A stretch of DNA of 35,692 nucleotides from Opitutales bacterium (GCA_017629765.1 JAGBWO010000266.1:1-35692), one strand, 5' to 3'; positions 1 to 9,279 are shown, counted from the first letter of the stretch. Notes: a model not told the origin generated them from the letters alone. Translations and numbers: made by a program.

Positions 1-1
1 G

Positions 2-409
2 TATTTTGAAGTATACCAATATCACTCAAATTCAAGGAATCGAGAATTCCTCGAAAGGAAAATTGCATGGAAAATCCAAGCAAATTTCTTTGGTGATATT
101 TCTTCAGAATCAAGAGAAGTTGCTCATAAGATTGCAAATCTTTCATCTTTAAAAGTTCATAAGAAGTTTAAAACAAATCTCATATCAATTGATGGTTTTG
201 AAAAGATTATAGATTTAAAGCTAAAAAGAGACTCAAGACTTCCAATGCCTGGAGCAATTCTTACGAAAATCCACAATGGCAAGAATATAATAGTCAAAGT
301 TCTTGATAAAGGCTTTGAATTTGAAAACAAAAAATATAATTCTCTTTCTGCGATTGCAAGAGAAGTAATGGGAAGCAACTGGAACGGATATAAATTCTTC
401 GGATTATGA
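2..409 (+). CDS. DUF2924-like protein, 5'-truncated by the window edge and absent from the supplied ORF track
   Basis: Open frame from base 2: YFEVYQYHSNSRNREFLERKIAWKIQ...RDSRLPMPGAILTKIHNGKNIIVKVLDKGFEFENKKYNSLSAIAREVMGSNWNGYKFFGL*. The C-terminal Y-x-SLSAIA-x-x-x-x-G-x-x-WNG-x-x-FFGL signature is typical of DUF2924. Its stop overlaps the recombinase start (ATGA at 406-409). Confidence 0.85.
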   Translation, partial: YFEVYQYHSNSRNREFLERKIAWKIQANFFGDISSESREVAHKIANLSSLKVHKKFKTNLISIDGFEKIIDLKLKRDSRLPMPGAILTKIHNGKNIIVKVLDKGFEFENKKYNSLSAIAREVMGSNWNGYKFFGL

Positions 410-1917
410 AAAAAGAAAAAACATATCGCTGTGCAATCTATACAAGAAAATCAGTAGCTGAGGGCTTAGATATGGAATTTAACACGCTTGACGCCCAACG
501 AGAAGCTGGCGAAAATTACATATTTTCGCAGAAAAACGAAGGCTGGAAAGTTATCACCAAGCACTATGACGATGGAGGTTTTTCTGGTGGGAACATGGAT
601 AGACCTGCTTTGAAAGAACTCTTTTCTGATATTGAAAAAGGGCTCATTGATATAGTTGTGGTATATAAAGTAGATAGATTATCTCGTTCACTGATGGATT
701 TTGCAAAGATTGTAGAACTTTTTGAAAAATATAATGTATCCTTTGTTTCTGTGACACAGCACTTCAACACAAAGGATTCAATGGGGAGATTGACTTTGAA
801 TATTCTTTTATCATTTGCCCAATTCGAAAGAGAAATTATCTCTGAAAGAATCAGAGATAAAATCGTTGCCTCTAAGAGACGTGGTCAATGGATTGGAGGT
901 CTTCCAATTTTAGGATTTGATACAAACTATGGCGGTAGAGGTGTATCAATAAATGAGCTCGAAGCTCAAACCGTTAGAGAAATATTCGACACGTATATTG
1001 AAAATCGTTCTATATCCAAAACGATAGAAGTTTTAAATCTCAAAGATGTGCGCAATAAACAATGGCGAACTAGAAAAGGCAAAGTTCGAGGTGGTCAGAA
1101 ATTTTCAAAATCGACTTTAGCAAGACTCTTAAAGAACAAAAAGTATATAGGCAAAGTTGATTTTGATGGCAAAGTATACGATGGCGATTTTGGTTATATT
1201 GTTTCTGAAGAGATTTTTCAAAAAGCTCAAGAAATCTTAGAAAACAATAATTTTGAAAAGTGCATTCCAACAAAGAATAAATACAATGCACTTTTAAGTG
1301 GAAAATTATATTGTGCTCATTGTGGGACTCTTATGGGAACTCAATATACTAAAAAGACGCCTACAAAAATATACAGGTATTATATTTGTTGCCATGCTCA
1401 AAAATATGGGTGGAAAACATGTCCTCATCCATCATTGCCAGCAGATGAAATAGAAAATTATCTCGTTAGAGAACTTTCGGAAATTGCAAATTCTACAAAA
1501 TTAAGAAACGAAGTTATCGAAAGTTTTTACCATAATACTATGACTCAAATTTCTGATTTGGGAAAACGTAATACAGCTTTATCACGTTCATTAATTGAAC
1601 TTCGCAAGAAGATAAAAACAGAAGAGAGTATTTCAGCAAATCTATTTTATTTAGAAGACTTAAGAAAGCAAGAAGCTCAGATAATCGATTCAATTTCTTC
1701 AAATGAATCTATAATTAAAGAACTAACAAACAAAGCAGATATTAAGCGTCAAGAACTAGAAGAGCTATTTGGGAACTTTGACAACATTTGGAACAATCTA
1801 AGTTTTATTGAGCGAAAGGACTTATTTAACACCTTAATTGAAAAAGTAGTCTTTGACGGAACATCTGGAAAGATAGCAATTACATTTACTGAAACATTTA
1901 AAGACATACAAAAATGA
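406..1917 (+). CDS. Large serine recombinase (resolvase catalytic domain, recombinase domain, zinc ribbon, coiled coil)
   Basis: YTRKS catalytic motif, DGGFSG, YKVDRLSR, FAQFERE; zinc ribbon CAHCG...YYICC...C; 503 aa. Confidence 0.95.
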   Translation: MKKEKTYRCAIYTRKSVAEGLDMEFNTLDAQREAGENYIFSQKNEGWKVITKHYDDGGFSGGNMDRPALKELFSDIEKGLIDIVVVYKVDRLSRSLMDFAKIVELFEKYNVSFVSVTQHFNTKDSMGRLTLNILLSFAQFEREIISERIRDKIVASKRRGQWIGGLPILGFDTNYGGRGVSINELEAQTVREIFDTYIENRSISKTIEVLNLKDVRNKQWRTRKGKVRGGQKFSKSTLARLLKNKKYIGKVDFDGKVYDGDFGYIVSEEIFQKAQEILENNNFEKCIPTKNKYNALLSGKLYCAHCGTLMGTQYTKKTPTKIYRYYICCHAQKYGWKTCPHPSLPADEIENYLVRELSEIANSTKLRNEVIESFYHNTMTQISDLGKRNTALSRSLIELRKKIKTEESISANLFYLEDLRKQEAQIIDSISSNESIIKELTNKADIKRQELEELFGNFDNIWNNLSFIERKDLFNTLIEKVVFDGTSGKIAITFTETFKDIQK

Positions 1918-2180
1918 CAATAGAAAAAACAATTCACATTTCCTTTGGGAAGCGCAGAAATAATCAAATAAGAAATGGGCATCCAAAATCCAAAATAAAT
2001 AGAGCATCTGAACTAATGGCTATTGCCATTGTTTTCGATGAATGGTTAGAATCAGGAAAAGTCGAAAGCTATACTGAGTTAGCTCAAATTACAGGACTTT
2101 CAAATCCTGAAATCTCACGAATAATGGACTATCGTTTGAAACCTGTAAACAAACAGGAAATCCTACTTTCTATTGCATAA
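1914..2180 (+). CDS. Small recombinase-associated HTH-like protein
   Basis: ATGA overlap with the recombinase stop; LMAIAIVFDEWLESGKVESYTELAQITGLSNPEISRIM is a helix-turn-helix pattern of the kind I recall downstream of DUF2924-linked recombinases. Confidence 0.75.
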   Translation: MTIEKTIHISFGKRRNNQIRNGHPKSKINRASELMAIAIVFDEWLESGKVESYTELAQITGLSNPEISRIMDYRLKPVNKQEILLSIA

Positions 2181-2387
2181 TTTCCTTTTGCTATTTCATA
2201 AGTTCGCCACCAAATGAGACTCTGACTGTTGCAACTTATTTTAGGATGCTGAGAATTTTTGAGAATTTACCCTAAAATGACCTTTCTATGCTGTCTCATT
2301 TACTCATATCAAATGAAACTTTTCTACTAACTGAGAATTTGCCTATGCTCTCAAACCTTGCATTTATTGGGGATTACACGAATACAT

Positions 2388-2427
2388 AAAAAAGGAACTG
2401 TTGCAAATTTAAGCAATCCAGTTCCTT
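2388..2427 (-). terminator. Probable intrinsic terminator of tRNA-Gln
   Basis: Stem AAGGAACTG/CAGTTCCTT with inner TTGC/GCAA pairing, followed by a T-run on the minus strand just past the tRNA CCA. Confidence 0.65.
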
Positions 2428-2440
2428 ACTAAATTTTTAA

Positions 2441-2514
2441 TGGTTGTCCGATAGGGACTCGAACCCCAACAAAAAGAGCCAGAATCTTTTGTGCTACCAT
2501 TACACCATCGGACA
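2441..2514 (-). tRNA. tRNA-Gln(CTG)
   Basis: TGTCCGATGGTGTAATGGTAGCACAAAAGATTCTGGCTCTTTTTGTTGGGGTTCGAGTCCCTATCGGACAACCA: acceptor TGTCCGA/TCGGACA, anticodon arm AAAGA-TTCTGGC-TCTTT, TTCGA T-loop, encoded CCA. Confidence 0.97.
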
Positions 2515-2556
2515 ATTCTCATTTTGTAAGCATTTAAATCTGACGGTTTTTATGCC

Positions 2557-2614
2557 AATGTCAAGATTTTTTCTAAAAATGCTTGACATTCATTTGGTTT
2601 AACCATTTGGTTGA
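2557..2614. promoter_or_regulatory. Back-to-back -35 boxes (tRNA-Gln and regulator) and a candidate TetR-family operator
   Basis: AATGTCAAG-N16-CTTGACATT gives TTGACA on both strands. A near-palindrome TTAACCATTTGGTTGA (2599-2614) and tandem CATTTGGTT overlap the regulator start. Confidence 0.55.
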
Positions 2615-3297
2615 TGCCTATGGTTTTAAAAGGCGAGGAATGCAAAGACATAAATTTTGACGTCGCGGAAAATTCACACGATACGCGCAGCATTATTGCC
2701 CTTGCCGCCATTGACGAGTTTGCCTTGCGCTCCGTTGACGGCGCGCGGACGCGCCACATTGCAAAGAAAGCGAATGTAAACCATGCCGCAATTTCTTATT
2801 ATTTCGGCGGCAAATGGAATATGTATCTTGAAATAATACGCGTGCTGGTGAGGCATTTTTCCAAGCTTTTTGCGCCCGTCTATGAAGAGTGCGAGGCTTT
2901 TTTTAAATCCGAAAGCAAGTCGCGCGCGCAGGCTATAGGGCTTTTAAAAAAATATTTGGTTACGTCGCATCAGTTCTATTTGAAGGATCTCTCGTCGAAA
3001 ATCGACATGATAATCAAAAGGGAGGAAAACTTCCCGACAGAGGCGTTTGACATCGTTTTTGAAGAGGGCATCCGCTATCATTTTTCAATAATGAAAGACT
3101 TGATTGCCTTTTTAATGCCGGACGCCTCCGACGAAGAAATCTCTTCAATTTCAATTTCGATTATCGGAATGAACTCTTCAATCACTTCCTGCAAAACGGC
3201 GTTTTTGAAGCTGAACGGCAAGGACAGCCTTTCGGTTGGAGATATCGGGCTGTTTTCAAAAACAATAGAAAATTTAATCGACAAAATATTTCAATAA
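2611..3297 (+). CDS. TetR family (CecR/YbiH-like) transcriptional regulator
   Basis: N-terminal HTH AAIDEFALRSVDGARTRHIAKKANVNHAAISYYFGGK; heads the efflux operon. The true start may be ATG 2614 or 2620. Confidence 0.88.
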   Translation: MMPMVLKGEECKDINFDVAENSHDTRSIIALAAIDEFALRSVDGARTRHIAKKANVNHAAISYYFGGKWNMYLEIIRVLVRHFSKLFAPVYEECEAFFKSESKSRAQAIGLLKKYLVTSHQFYLKDLSSKIDMIIKREENFPTEAFDIVFEEGIRYHFSIMKDLIAFLMPDASDEEISSISISIIGMNSSITSCKTAFLKLNGKDSLSVGDIGLFSKTIENLIDKIFQ

Positions 3298-3310
3298 ACA
3301 TTTAAGCTGT

Positions 3311-4468
3311 ATGAAAAAAGAAGTAAAAAAACTGTTTTTGGCATCTTTAACGCTTGCAAGCGCGTTTATCTTTTCCGCTTGCTCGAAAAATGAAGCGGTA
3401 TCGCAAAAGCCGAATTCCGCGCCCGAAGTGACAGTGGCTCTTCCCGAAAAAAGGGCGGTCGAAATTTGGGACTCTTTCACTGCGCGTTTGGAGGGCAACA
3501 AGGAGGTTGAAATCCGCGCGAGGGTGAGCGGCTATCTTTCAAAAATATGCTTTAAGGACGGCGAGTTCGTAAAGGAGGGGCAGCTTTTGTTTGAAATTGA
3601 TCCGCGCCCGTTTATCGCGGTTGTAAAGGAATGCGAAGCGAGCATCAAGGAGGCTGAAAGCCGCATCATTTTGGCGAAGGGGAACTTGAAGAGGGCCGAA
3701 GAGCTTATAAAGACAAACGCTATTTCCGGCGAAGTTTTGGAAACCCGCAAATGCGAGCTTTTGAGCGCACAGGCGGCTCTTTTGAGCGCGCAGGCAAGGC
3801 ATACGGAAGCCGCCTTGAATTTGGAATTTACCAAAGTTTTGTCGCCCATAACGGGCTTTGTGAGCAGGAGGTATGTCGATGAAGGCAATCTTGTAAACGC
3901 ATCTTCCACCCTGCTTGCGACTGTTGTTTCAAGGAAGATTATCTACGCGTATTTCAACATTAACGAGCGCGATATTTTGCGCTACCAAAAGAACGGACTT
4001 TTCAAAAGGATGAAGTCGGGCGATTTGCCTGTCGTAAAAATGAAGCTTTTGGACGAGGAAATCGAATCGCATGTCGGGAAGCTTACTTATGTTCAAAACG
4101 AATTCGATATGGGCAATTTGGAATTGCGCGCGGAATTCGACAATGAAAAGGGCGAATTGTTCCCGGGAGTTTGGTCGAAGGTTTCTTTGCAGAGCGAAAA
4201 GGCCAAGGAAAAAATTCTTGTTCCGGAATCGTCGGTCGGCACCGACTTGGTCGGCAGGTACGTTTTGGTTGTGGACGACAAAAACAAGGTCAACTATGTT
4301 CCCGTGCGCGTAAGCGAAACAATCGGCAAAATGCAGATTGTGGAAAGCGGGCTTTCGGGCGACGAAAAGGTGGTTGTTGTCGGCATTCAGAGGGCTGTTC
4401 CCGGAGCGCAGGTATCTCCCGTCGAAGCCAAAGTGCAGGATGTCGTAAAAGAAGAGGAAAAGAAATAG
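3311..4468 (+). CDS. RND efflux periplasmic adaptor (membrane fusion protein), lipoprotein
   Basis: Lipobox FSAC; VEIRARVSGYL, LLFEIDPRPF and LNLEFTKVLSPITG motifs. Confidence 0.95.
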   Translation: MKKEVKKLFLASLTLASAFIFSACSKNEAVSQKPNSAPEVTVALPEKRAVEIWDSFTARLEGNKEVEIRARVSGYLSKICFKDGEFVKEGQLLFEIDPRPFIAVVKECEASIKEAESRIILAKGNLKRAEELIKTNAISGEVLETRKCELLSAQAALLSAQARHTEAALNLEFTKVLSPITGFVSRRYVDEGNLVNASSTLLATVVSRKIIYAYFNINERDILRYQKNGLFKRMKSGDLPVVKMKLLDEEIESHVGKLTYVQNEFDMGNLELRAEFDNEKGELFPGVWSKVSLQSEKAKEKILVPESSVGTDLVGRYVLVVDDKNKVNYVPVRVSETIGKMQIVESGLSGDEKVVVVGIQRAVPGAQVSPVEAKVQDVVKEEEKK

Positions 4469-4505
4469 TTTTTTCCTTGCGCTTTAACAGTAAATTTTTC
4501 AAGCA

Positions 4506-7500
4506 ATGAAATTTTCGCACTTTTTTATCGACAGGCCGATTTTTGCTTCGGTCATATCAATCATAATAGTGTTGGTGGGCAGTATTGCGTATTTCAATTT
4601 GCCCGTCACCCAGTATCCCGAAATCGTGCCTCCGTCGGTTGTGATTTCGGCAAACTATCCCGGCGCAAGCCCCGAAGTTATAATGAACACCGTCGCCGCT
4701 CCAATTGAAGAGCAGGTAAACGGCGTTGAAGACATGCTTTACATGCAAAGCCAATGCTCTTCGGACGGCTCTATGCAGATTACCGTTACTTTCAAAACTG
4801 GCACCGACGTTGACAAGGCTCAGATTTTGACGCAAAACCGCGTTGAAATTGCGAAGCCCCGCCTGCCGCAGGATGTAACGAGCATAGGCGTTACGGTGAA
4901 GAAGCGTTCGCCGAACATTATTTTGTTCGCGTCTTTGATTTCTCCGGACAACAGCAGGGACAAGCTTTATTTGACAAACTACGCGATTTCCCAGCTTAAA
5001 GACCGCCTTGCGCGCATCAAGGGCGTCGGCGAAATCCAGATTTTCGGCGCGAAAGAGTATTCCATGCGCGTCTGGATGGACCCCGACCGTCTTGCCTATT
5101 TGAACATATCTCCGAACGAGGTTTTGGGCGCGCTTCGCGAGCAGAACAAGCAGGTTGCGGCGGGCAAAATCAACCAGCCGCCGATGGACACGGGGTCGGC
5201 TTTCGAGCTTATCATCAACGCGCAGGGCCGTTTGCAGACCGAGGAGGAATTCGGAAACATCATAGTTAAGTTTACCGAAGACGGAAAAGTCATAAAATTA
5301 AAGGATATTGCGCGTTTGGAATTGGGCGCGTACACTTACGCGGACGAATCCTATTTGAACAATATGGGCATGGTCGCAATCGCGTTTTTCCAGTTGCCCG
5401 GCTCAAACGCGCTGAATACCGCCGACAGCATCATGAAGGAAATGGAAATCCTTAAAAAGGAATTTCCGTCGGGCGTAGACTATGTAATTCCGTTCAATGT
5501 GACAAAGTTCGTGGGCGAATCCGTAAATGCCGTATATCACACGATTTTTGAGGCGGTTATTCTCGTCGTTTTGGTGGTAATGATATTTTTGCAGAATTGG
5601 AGGGCCGCGATTATACCGCTTTTCGCGATACCCGTTTCTTTGATAGGCACGTTTGCAATGATGTACGCGCTGGGATTTTCAATCAACAATTTGAGCCTGT
5701 TCGGTTTGGTGCTTGCAATCGGCATTGTTGTTGACGACGCAATCGTAGTTGTGGAGAACGTTGAAAGAAACATGCATGACGGGCTTCCCGTAAAGGAGGC
5801 GACAAAGAAGGCGATGACTCAGGTGCAGGGCGCGCTAATTGCCATTGCGCTCGTGCTTTCGGCGGTTTTCGTCCCGACGGCGTTTATCGAAGGCATTTCG
5901 GGGCAGTTTTACAGGCAGTTTGCAATTACGATTGCGGCTTCCACGATATTTTCCGCAATAGTTTCGCTTACGCTTTCCCCCGCGCTTTGCGCGCTGTTCC
6001 TTACGGAAAAGGACGCCAAGCCGGACCTCTTTACGCGGGGATACAATTTTATGTTCGGCTGGCTTTTCAAGGGTTTTAACGCATGCTTTGCATGGGTTTC
6101 CGAAAAGTACGGCAAGCTGGTCGCGCAGTTTGCGCGCTTTTGGCTCATAATTCTCTTCTTGTATGCGGGGTTGTTGGGAGGTGCGGTATGGTTCTTCGAC
6201 AACACTCCGAAGGGCTTTATTCCCGGGCAGGACAGAGGCTATTTGTTCTCTTCAATACAGCTGCCCGACGGCGCGTCTTTTGAAAGAACGCAGAAAGTGA
6301 TGGACAAGGCAAGCTCCCTCATAAAAAATATCGACGGCGTAAATTACGCAATCGCAATTGCGGGATTGAACGGAGCCACATTTTCGCGCATGTCGAATGC
6401 CGGAACGATATTCATCAATCTTGAAGATTTTGACGTGCGCCTTCCCAAAGGGGCAACTGCAAACAAGATATTGGCGCAGGCAAACGCAATTCTTGCAAAG
6501 GAAATTCCCGAAGCGGTGTCTTATGTTTTGGCTCCGCCCCCCGTTGACGGCATGGGCAACGGCGGCGACTACAAATTCTATGTCCAGGACAAAGTCGGTT
6601 TGGGGCTTGACACTGTGCAGAAATACACGAATTTGATGGCGGCGAAGGCAACCCAGGAGCTCGACCCCGTTTCGTTTGCGTTTACCACTTACCGCGTTTC
6701 AAATCCGCAGCTTTATGCCGACATTGACCGCGAGCGCGCGCAAAAGCTGAATGTTCCAATCTCCTCGATTTTCGAAACGATGCAGTACCATTTGGGTTCC
6801 GTTTACGTCAACGACTTTAACATTATCGGGCGCGTTTACCGCGTTGTCGCCCAAGCGGAGGGCAAGTCGCGCAGGGAGGTGAACGACATTTACAATCTCT
6901 ATGTTCCGAATGCGCAGGGCAAAAACGTGCCTCTTGGGTCCGTTGCGAACGTAAAGCGCATTGTGGGTCCTGTGACAACCATGCGCTACAATCTTTACAC
7001 TGCCGCCGAAGTTCAGGGCAATCTTGCTCCCGGTTTTTCGACGGGGCAGGCGATAAGGGAAATCGAGGCTCTTGCGGAAAGGGAGCTTCCGAAGGGCATG
7101 GGCATCGAGTGGACGGACATCGCATATCAGGAAAAGCTCACGGGCAATACCGCAATGATAGTGTTTGCAATGTGCGTGATTTTCGTATTCCTGATTCTTG
7201 CGGCTTTGTATGAAAGCGTAACTTTGCCCCTTGCGGTTATTTTGGTGGTGCCCCTTGTATTGCTGTTTGCCATTATGGGCGTGCATTTCAGGGGAATGGA
7301 CAACAACATAATGACCCAAATCGGATTTGTCGTTTTGATTGGTTTGGCTTGCAAAAACGCGATTTTGATTGTGGAATTCGCCCACCAGCGCGAAATGAAA
7401 GGGGAAGAGCTTGTTTCTTCCGTCCAGAACGCGTCAAAAAACCGTTTGCGCCCGATTTTAATGACGTCTCTTGCGTTTATTTTGGGCGTTGTGCCTCTTG

Positions 7501-7661
7501 CATACGCGACCGGCGCGGGCAGCGAACTCCGTCAGGCATTGGGAACTTCGGTATTCTTCGGCATGATAGGGGTTACGGTATTCGGCTGCATATTCACTCC
7601 CGTATTCTATTATGTTATACGCAGGTTTTTTGCCGCGAAGCATAAAATAGAAGCGGAATAA
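4506..7661 (+). CDS. RND efflux permease, HAE1 family (MexF/BpeF-like)
   Basis: MKFSHFFIDRPIFASV start, GIVVDDAIVVVENVER, KNAILIVEFA, RLRPILMTS; 1051 aa. Confidence 0.97.
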   Translation: MKFSHFFIDRPIFASVISIIIVLVGSIAYFNLPVTQYPEIVPPSVVISANYPGASPEVIMNTVAAPIEEQVNGVEDMLYMQSQCSSDGSMQITVTFKTGTDVDKAQILTQNRVEIAKPRLPQDVTSIGVTVKKRSPNIILFASLISPDNSRDKLYLTNYAISQLKDRLARIKGVGEIQIFGAKEYSMRVWMDPDRLAYLNISPNEVLGALREQNKQVAAGKINQPPMDTGSAFELIINAQGRLQTEEEFGNIIVKFTEDGKVIKLKDIARLELGAYTYADESYLNNMGMVAIAFFQLPGSNALNTADSIMKEMEILKKEFPSGVDYVIPFNVTKFVGESVNAVYHTIFEAVILVVLVVMIFLQNWRAAIIPLFAIPVSLIGTFAMMYALGFSINNLSLFGLVLAIGIVVDDAIVVVENVERNMHDGLPVKEATKKAMTQVQGALIAIALVLSAVFVPTAFIEGISGQFYRQFAITIAASTIFSAIVSLTLSPALCALFLTEKDAKPDLFTRGYNFMFGWLFKGFNACFAWVSEKYGKLVAQFARFWLIILFLYAGLLGGAVWFFDNTPKGFIPGQDRGYLFSSIQLPDGASFERTQKVMDKASSLIKNIDGVNYAIAIAGLNGATFSRMSNAGTIFINLEDFDVRLPKGATANKILAQANAILAKEIPEAVSYVLAPPPVDGMGNGGDYKFYVQDKVGLGLDTVQKYTNLMAAKATQELDPVSFAFTTYRVSNPQLYADIDRERAQKLNVPISSIFETMQYHLGSVYVNDFNIIGRVYRVVAQAEGKSRREVNDIYNLYVPNAQGKNVPLGSVANVKRIVGPVTTMRYNLYTAAEVQGNLAPGFSTGQAIREIEALAERELPKGMGIEWTDIAYQEKLTGNTAMIVFAMCVIFVFLILAALYESVTLPLAVILVVPLVLLFAIMGVHFRGMDNNIMTQIGFVVLIGLACKNAILIVEFAHQREMKGEELVSSVQNASKNRLRPILMTSLAFILGVVPLAYATGAGSELRQALGTSVFFGMIGVTVFGCIFTPVFYYVIRRFFAAKHKIEAE

Positions 7662-7690
7662 ATTTTTGGAGGAAAAAATAAATCTGGCAT

Positions 7691-9160
7691 ATGGTGAAAA
7701 TGAAAAATAAATTTCAAAAAATTTGCAACGGCGCGCTGTTTGCGGCGGCGGGGCTTGCGTTAGGCGCATGCACGCTCGAACCCGATTATGTCGTGCCTGA
7801 AACTCCGCTTGATTCGCAGGCGGAAGAAATGAAAAGCTTCAAGTATGCGGAAGGCTTGTGGGCTGACGCAAACCCAAGCGACGCGCAGTTGAAGGGAAAA
7901 TGGTGGCTCATTTTCAACGACGACAAGCTTTCCGGCCTGATTGAGGCGTGCCGCGAAAAAAACCCGAATTTGAAGTCGGCATTTTATGCCGTGGAACAGG
8001 CGCGGCAGAAGGCGAGAATGACGGAGTCGGAGCTGTATCCGTGGCTTAACGGCAATGCAAGCTATTCAAAAACCGACACTTCCGAGAACGAATTTTCGTA
8101 CCGCGGGGCTTATGAGGATTACAGAATAGGTCTTGGACTTACTTGGGACTTGGACTTCTTCGGAAGAGTTCAGGCTCTCCTTGCAAGCGAGGTCGCCGAC
8201 GCGCAGGCTTTGCGCGCCGCCTATGAAAACACGATGCTTATGCTTGAAGCAAACGTGGCAAGCGTTTATTTCTCAATCCGCCAGTACAACTCTGAAATTC
8301 TGCTTTTGGAAGAAACCGTGAATGTCCGTCAAAAGCAGGTTGACCTCGTGACAAACAGGGCAAAGGCGAAATACGCGCACGAAGCCGACGTAAAGAGGGC
8401 GGAACAGCAGTTTTACGAAGCTGTTACCCAGCTTGCTTCCGTCAGAAAGCTTCGCGACGCCGCGACAAATTATCTTGCGTATTTGACGGGGACAATTCCC
8501 GCAAATTTGCAGGCCACAACCGAGCCTATTGCGGAGGTTTTGCCGAAAGTTCCCTCTATTATTCCCTCCCAGCTTTTGGAGCGCCGCCCCGATATTGCGC
8601 AGGCGGAGCGCGGAGTGTTTTCCGCCAATATGAAAATAGGCGCGGCGAAGTCGGCTTTCTTCCCGACAATCCAGATTACTTCGTCTTTGGATTTGGCGTC
8701 GCAAGACATTGGGGATTTGCTTGAAGGCAATTCTCTTGCGTGGGGCGTAAGCCCTCGCCTGTATCTGCCGCTTTTTCAGGCGGGAAAGCTTTATGCCCAG
8801 TATCAGGTAGCCCTTTCCCAGCATTTGGAGGCTTCGGAAAAATATAAGGCGACTGTCTTGAACGCGATTTACGAAGTGGAAAACGCGCTTTCTGAAATCA
8901 AGAATTTGAAGGCCGAGTACGATGCGCGCGCAAAGAGCGCGGCGGCTTCAAAAGCGGTGGAGGAGCTTACGCGCAACCAGTTCGATTCGGGCGTCATCGA
9001 CTACTTTGAGTACACCGACGCCGAGCGTCTGGCGCTGACAAACGAGCGCGAGCGCATACGCCTGCGCGGGGAGCAGTTCCGCAGCGTGGTTTCTCTTGTT
9101 CTTGCCATCGGCGGCGGCGTTGACGACGATGGGGAAGGCGAAAAAACGGCAGCCAAATGA
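7691..9160 (+). CDS. Efflux outer membrane factor lipoprotein (OprM/OprN/NodT family)
   Basis: Lipobox LGAC; WDLDFFGR, PSQLLERRPDIAQAE, IGAAKSAFFPTI motifs. Confidence 0.95.
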   Translation: MVKMKNKFQKICNGALFAAAGLALGACTLEPDYVVPETPLDSQAEEMKSFKYAEGLWADANPSDAQLKGKWWLIFNDDKLSGLIEACREKNPNLKSAFYAVEQARQKARMTESELYPWLNGNASYSKTDTSENEFSYRGAYEDYRIGLGLTWDLDFFGRVQALLASEVADAQALRAAYENTMLMLEANVASVYFSIRQYNSEILLLEETVNVRQKQVDLVTNRAKAKYAHEADVKRAEQQFYEAVTQLASVRKLRDAATNYLAYLTGTIPANLQATTEPIAEVLPKVPSIIPSQLLERRPDIAQAERGVFSANMKIGAAKSAFFPTIQITSSLDLASQDIGDLLEGNSLAWGVSPRLYLPLFQAGKLYAQYQVALSQHLEASEKYKATVLNAIYEVENALSEIKNLKAEYDARAKSAAASKAVEELTRNQFDSGVIDYFEYTDAERLALTNERERIRLRGEQFRSVVSLVLAIGGGVDDDGEGEKTAAK

Positions 9161-9242
9161 CGTTTGCGCAATTCAAAGAAGTAGACTGCTTTACAAAATG
9201 CGGACTCTAAAAAGGTCCGTTGCAGATTGGATGTTTTAGCAG

Positions 9243-9279
9243 AAGACGGCATCGGTTTTTTATCGGTGCCGTCTTTTTT
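9243..9279 (+). terminator. Intrinsic terminator of the efflux operon
   Basis: AAGACGGCATCG/CGGTGCCGTCTT stem followed by a T-run. Confidence 0.8.

Larger units (their letters stand above)
1..2440. mobile_element. Right end of an integrated element (genomic island, prophage or ICE) carrying a large serine recombinase, next to the tRNA-Gln 3' end
   Basis: Clearly more AT-rich with A/T-ending codons than the genes after 2600; encodes a large serine recombinase; ends at the CCA end of a tRNA gene. The left boundary lies outside the window. Confidence 0.8.

Noticed and set aside
157-378. Minus-strand 73-aa ORF in the supplied track
   Set aside because: It is the antisense shadow of the plus-strand DUF2924-like gene at 2-409.
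9199-9224. Small hairpin CGGAC...GTCCG between the efflux operon and its terminator as an sRNA
   Set aside because: The stem is short, there is no promoter evidence and no second copy in the window.
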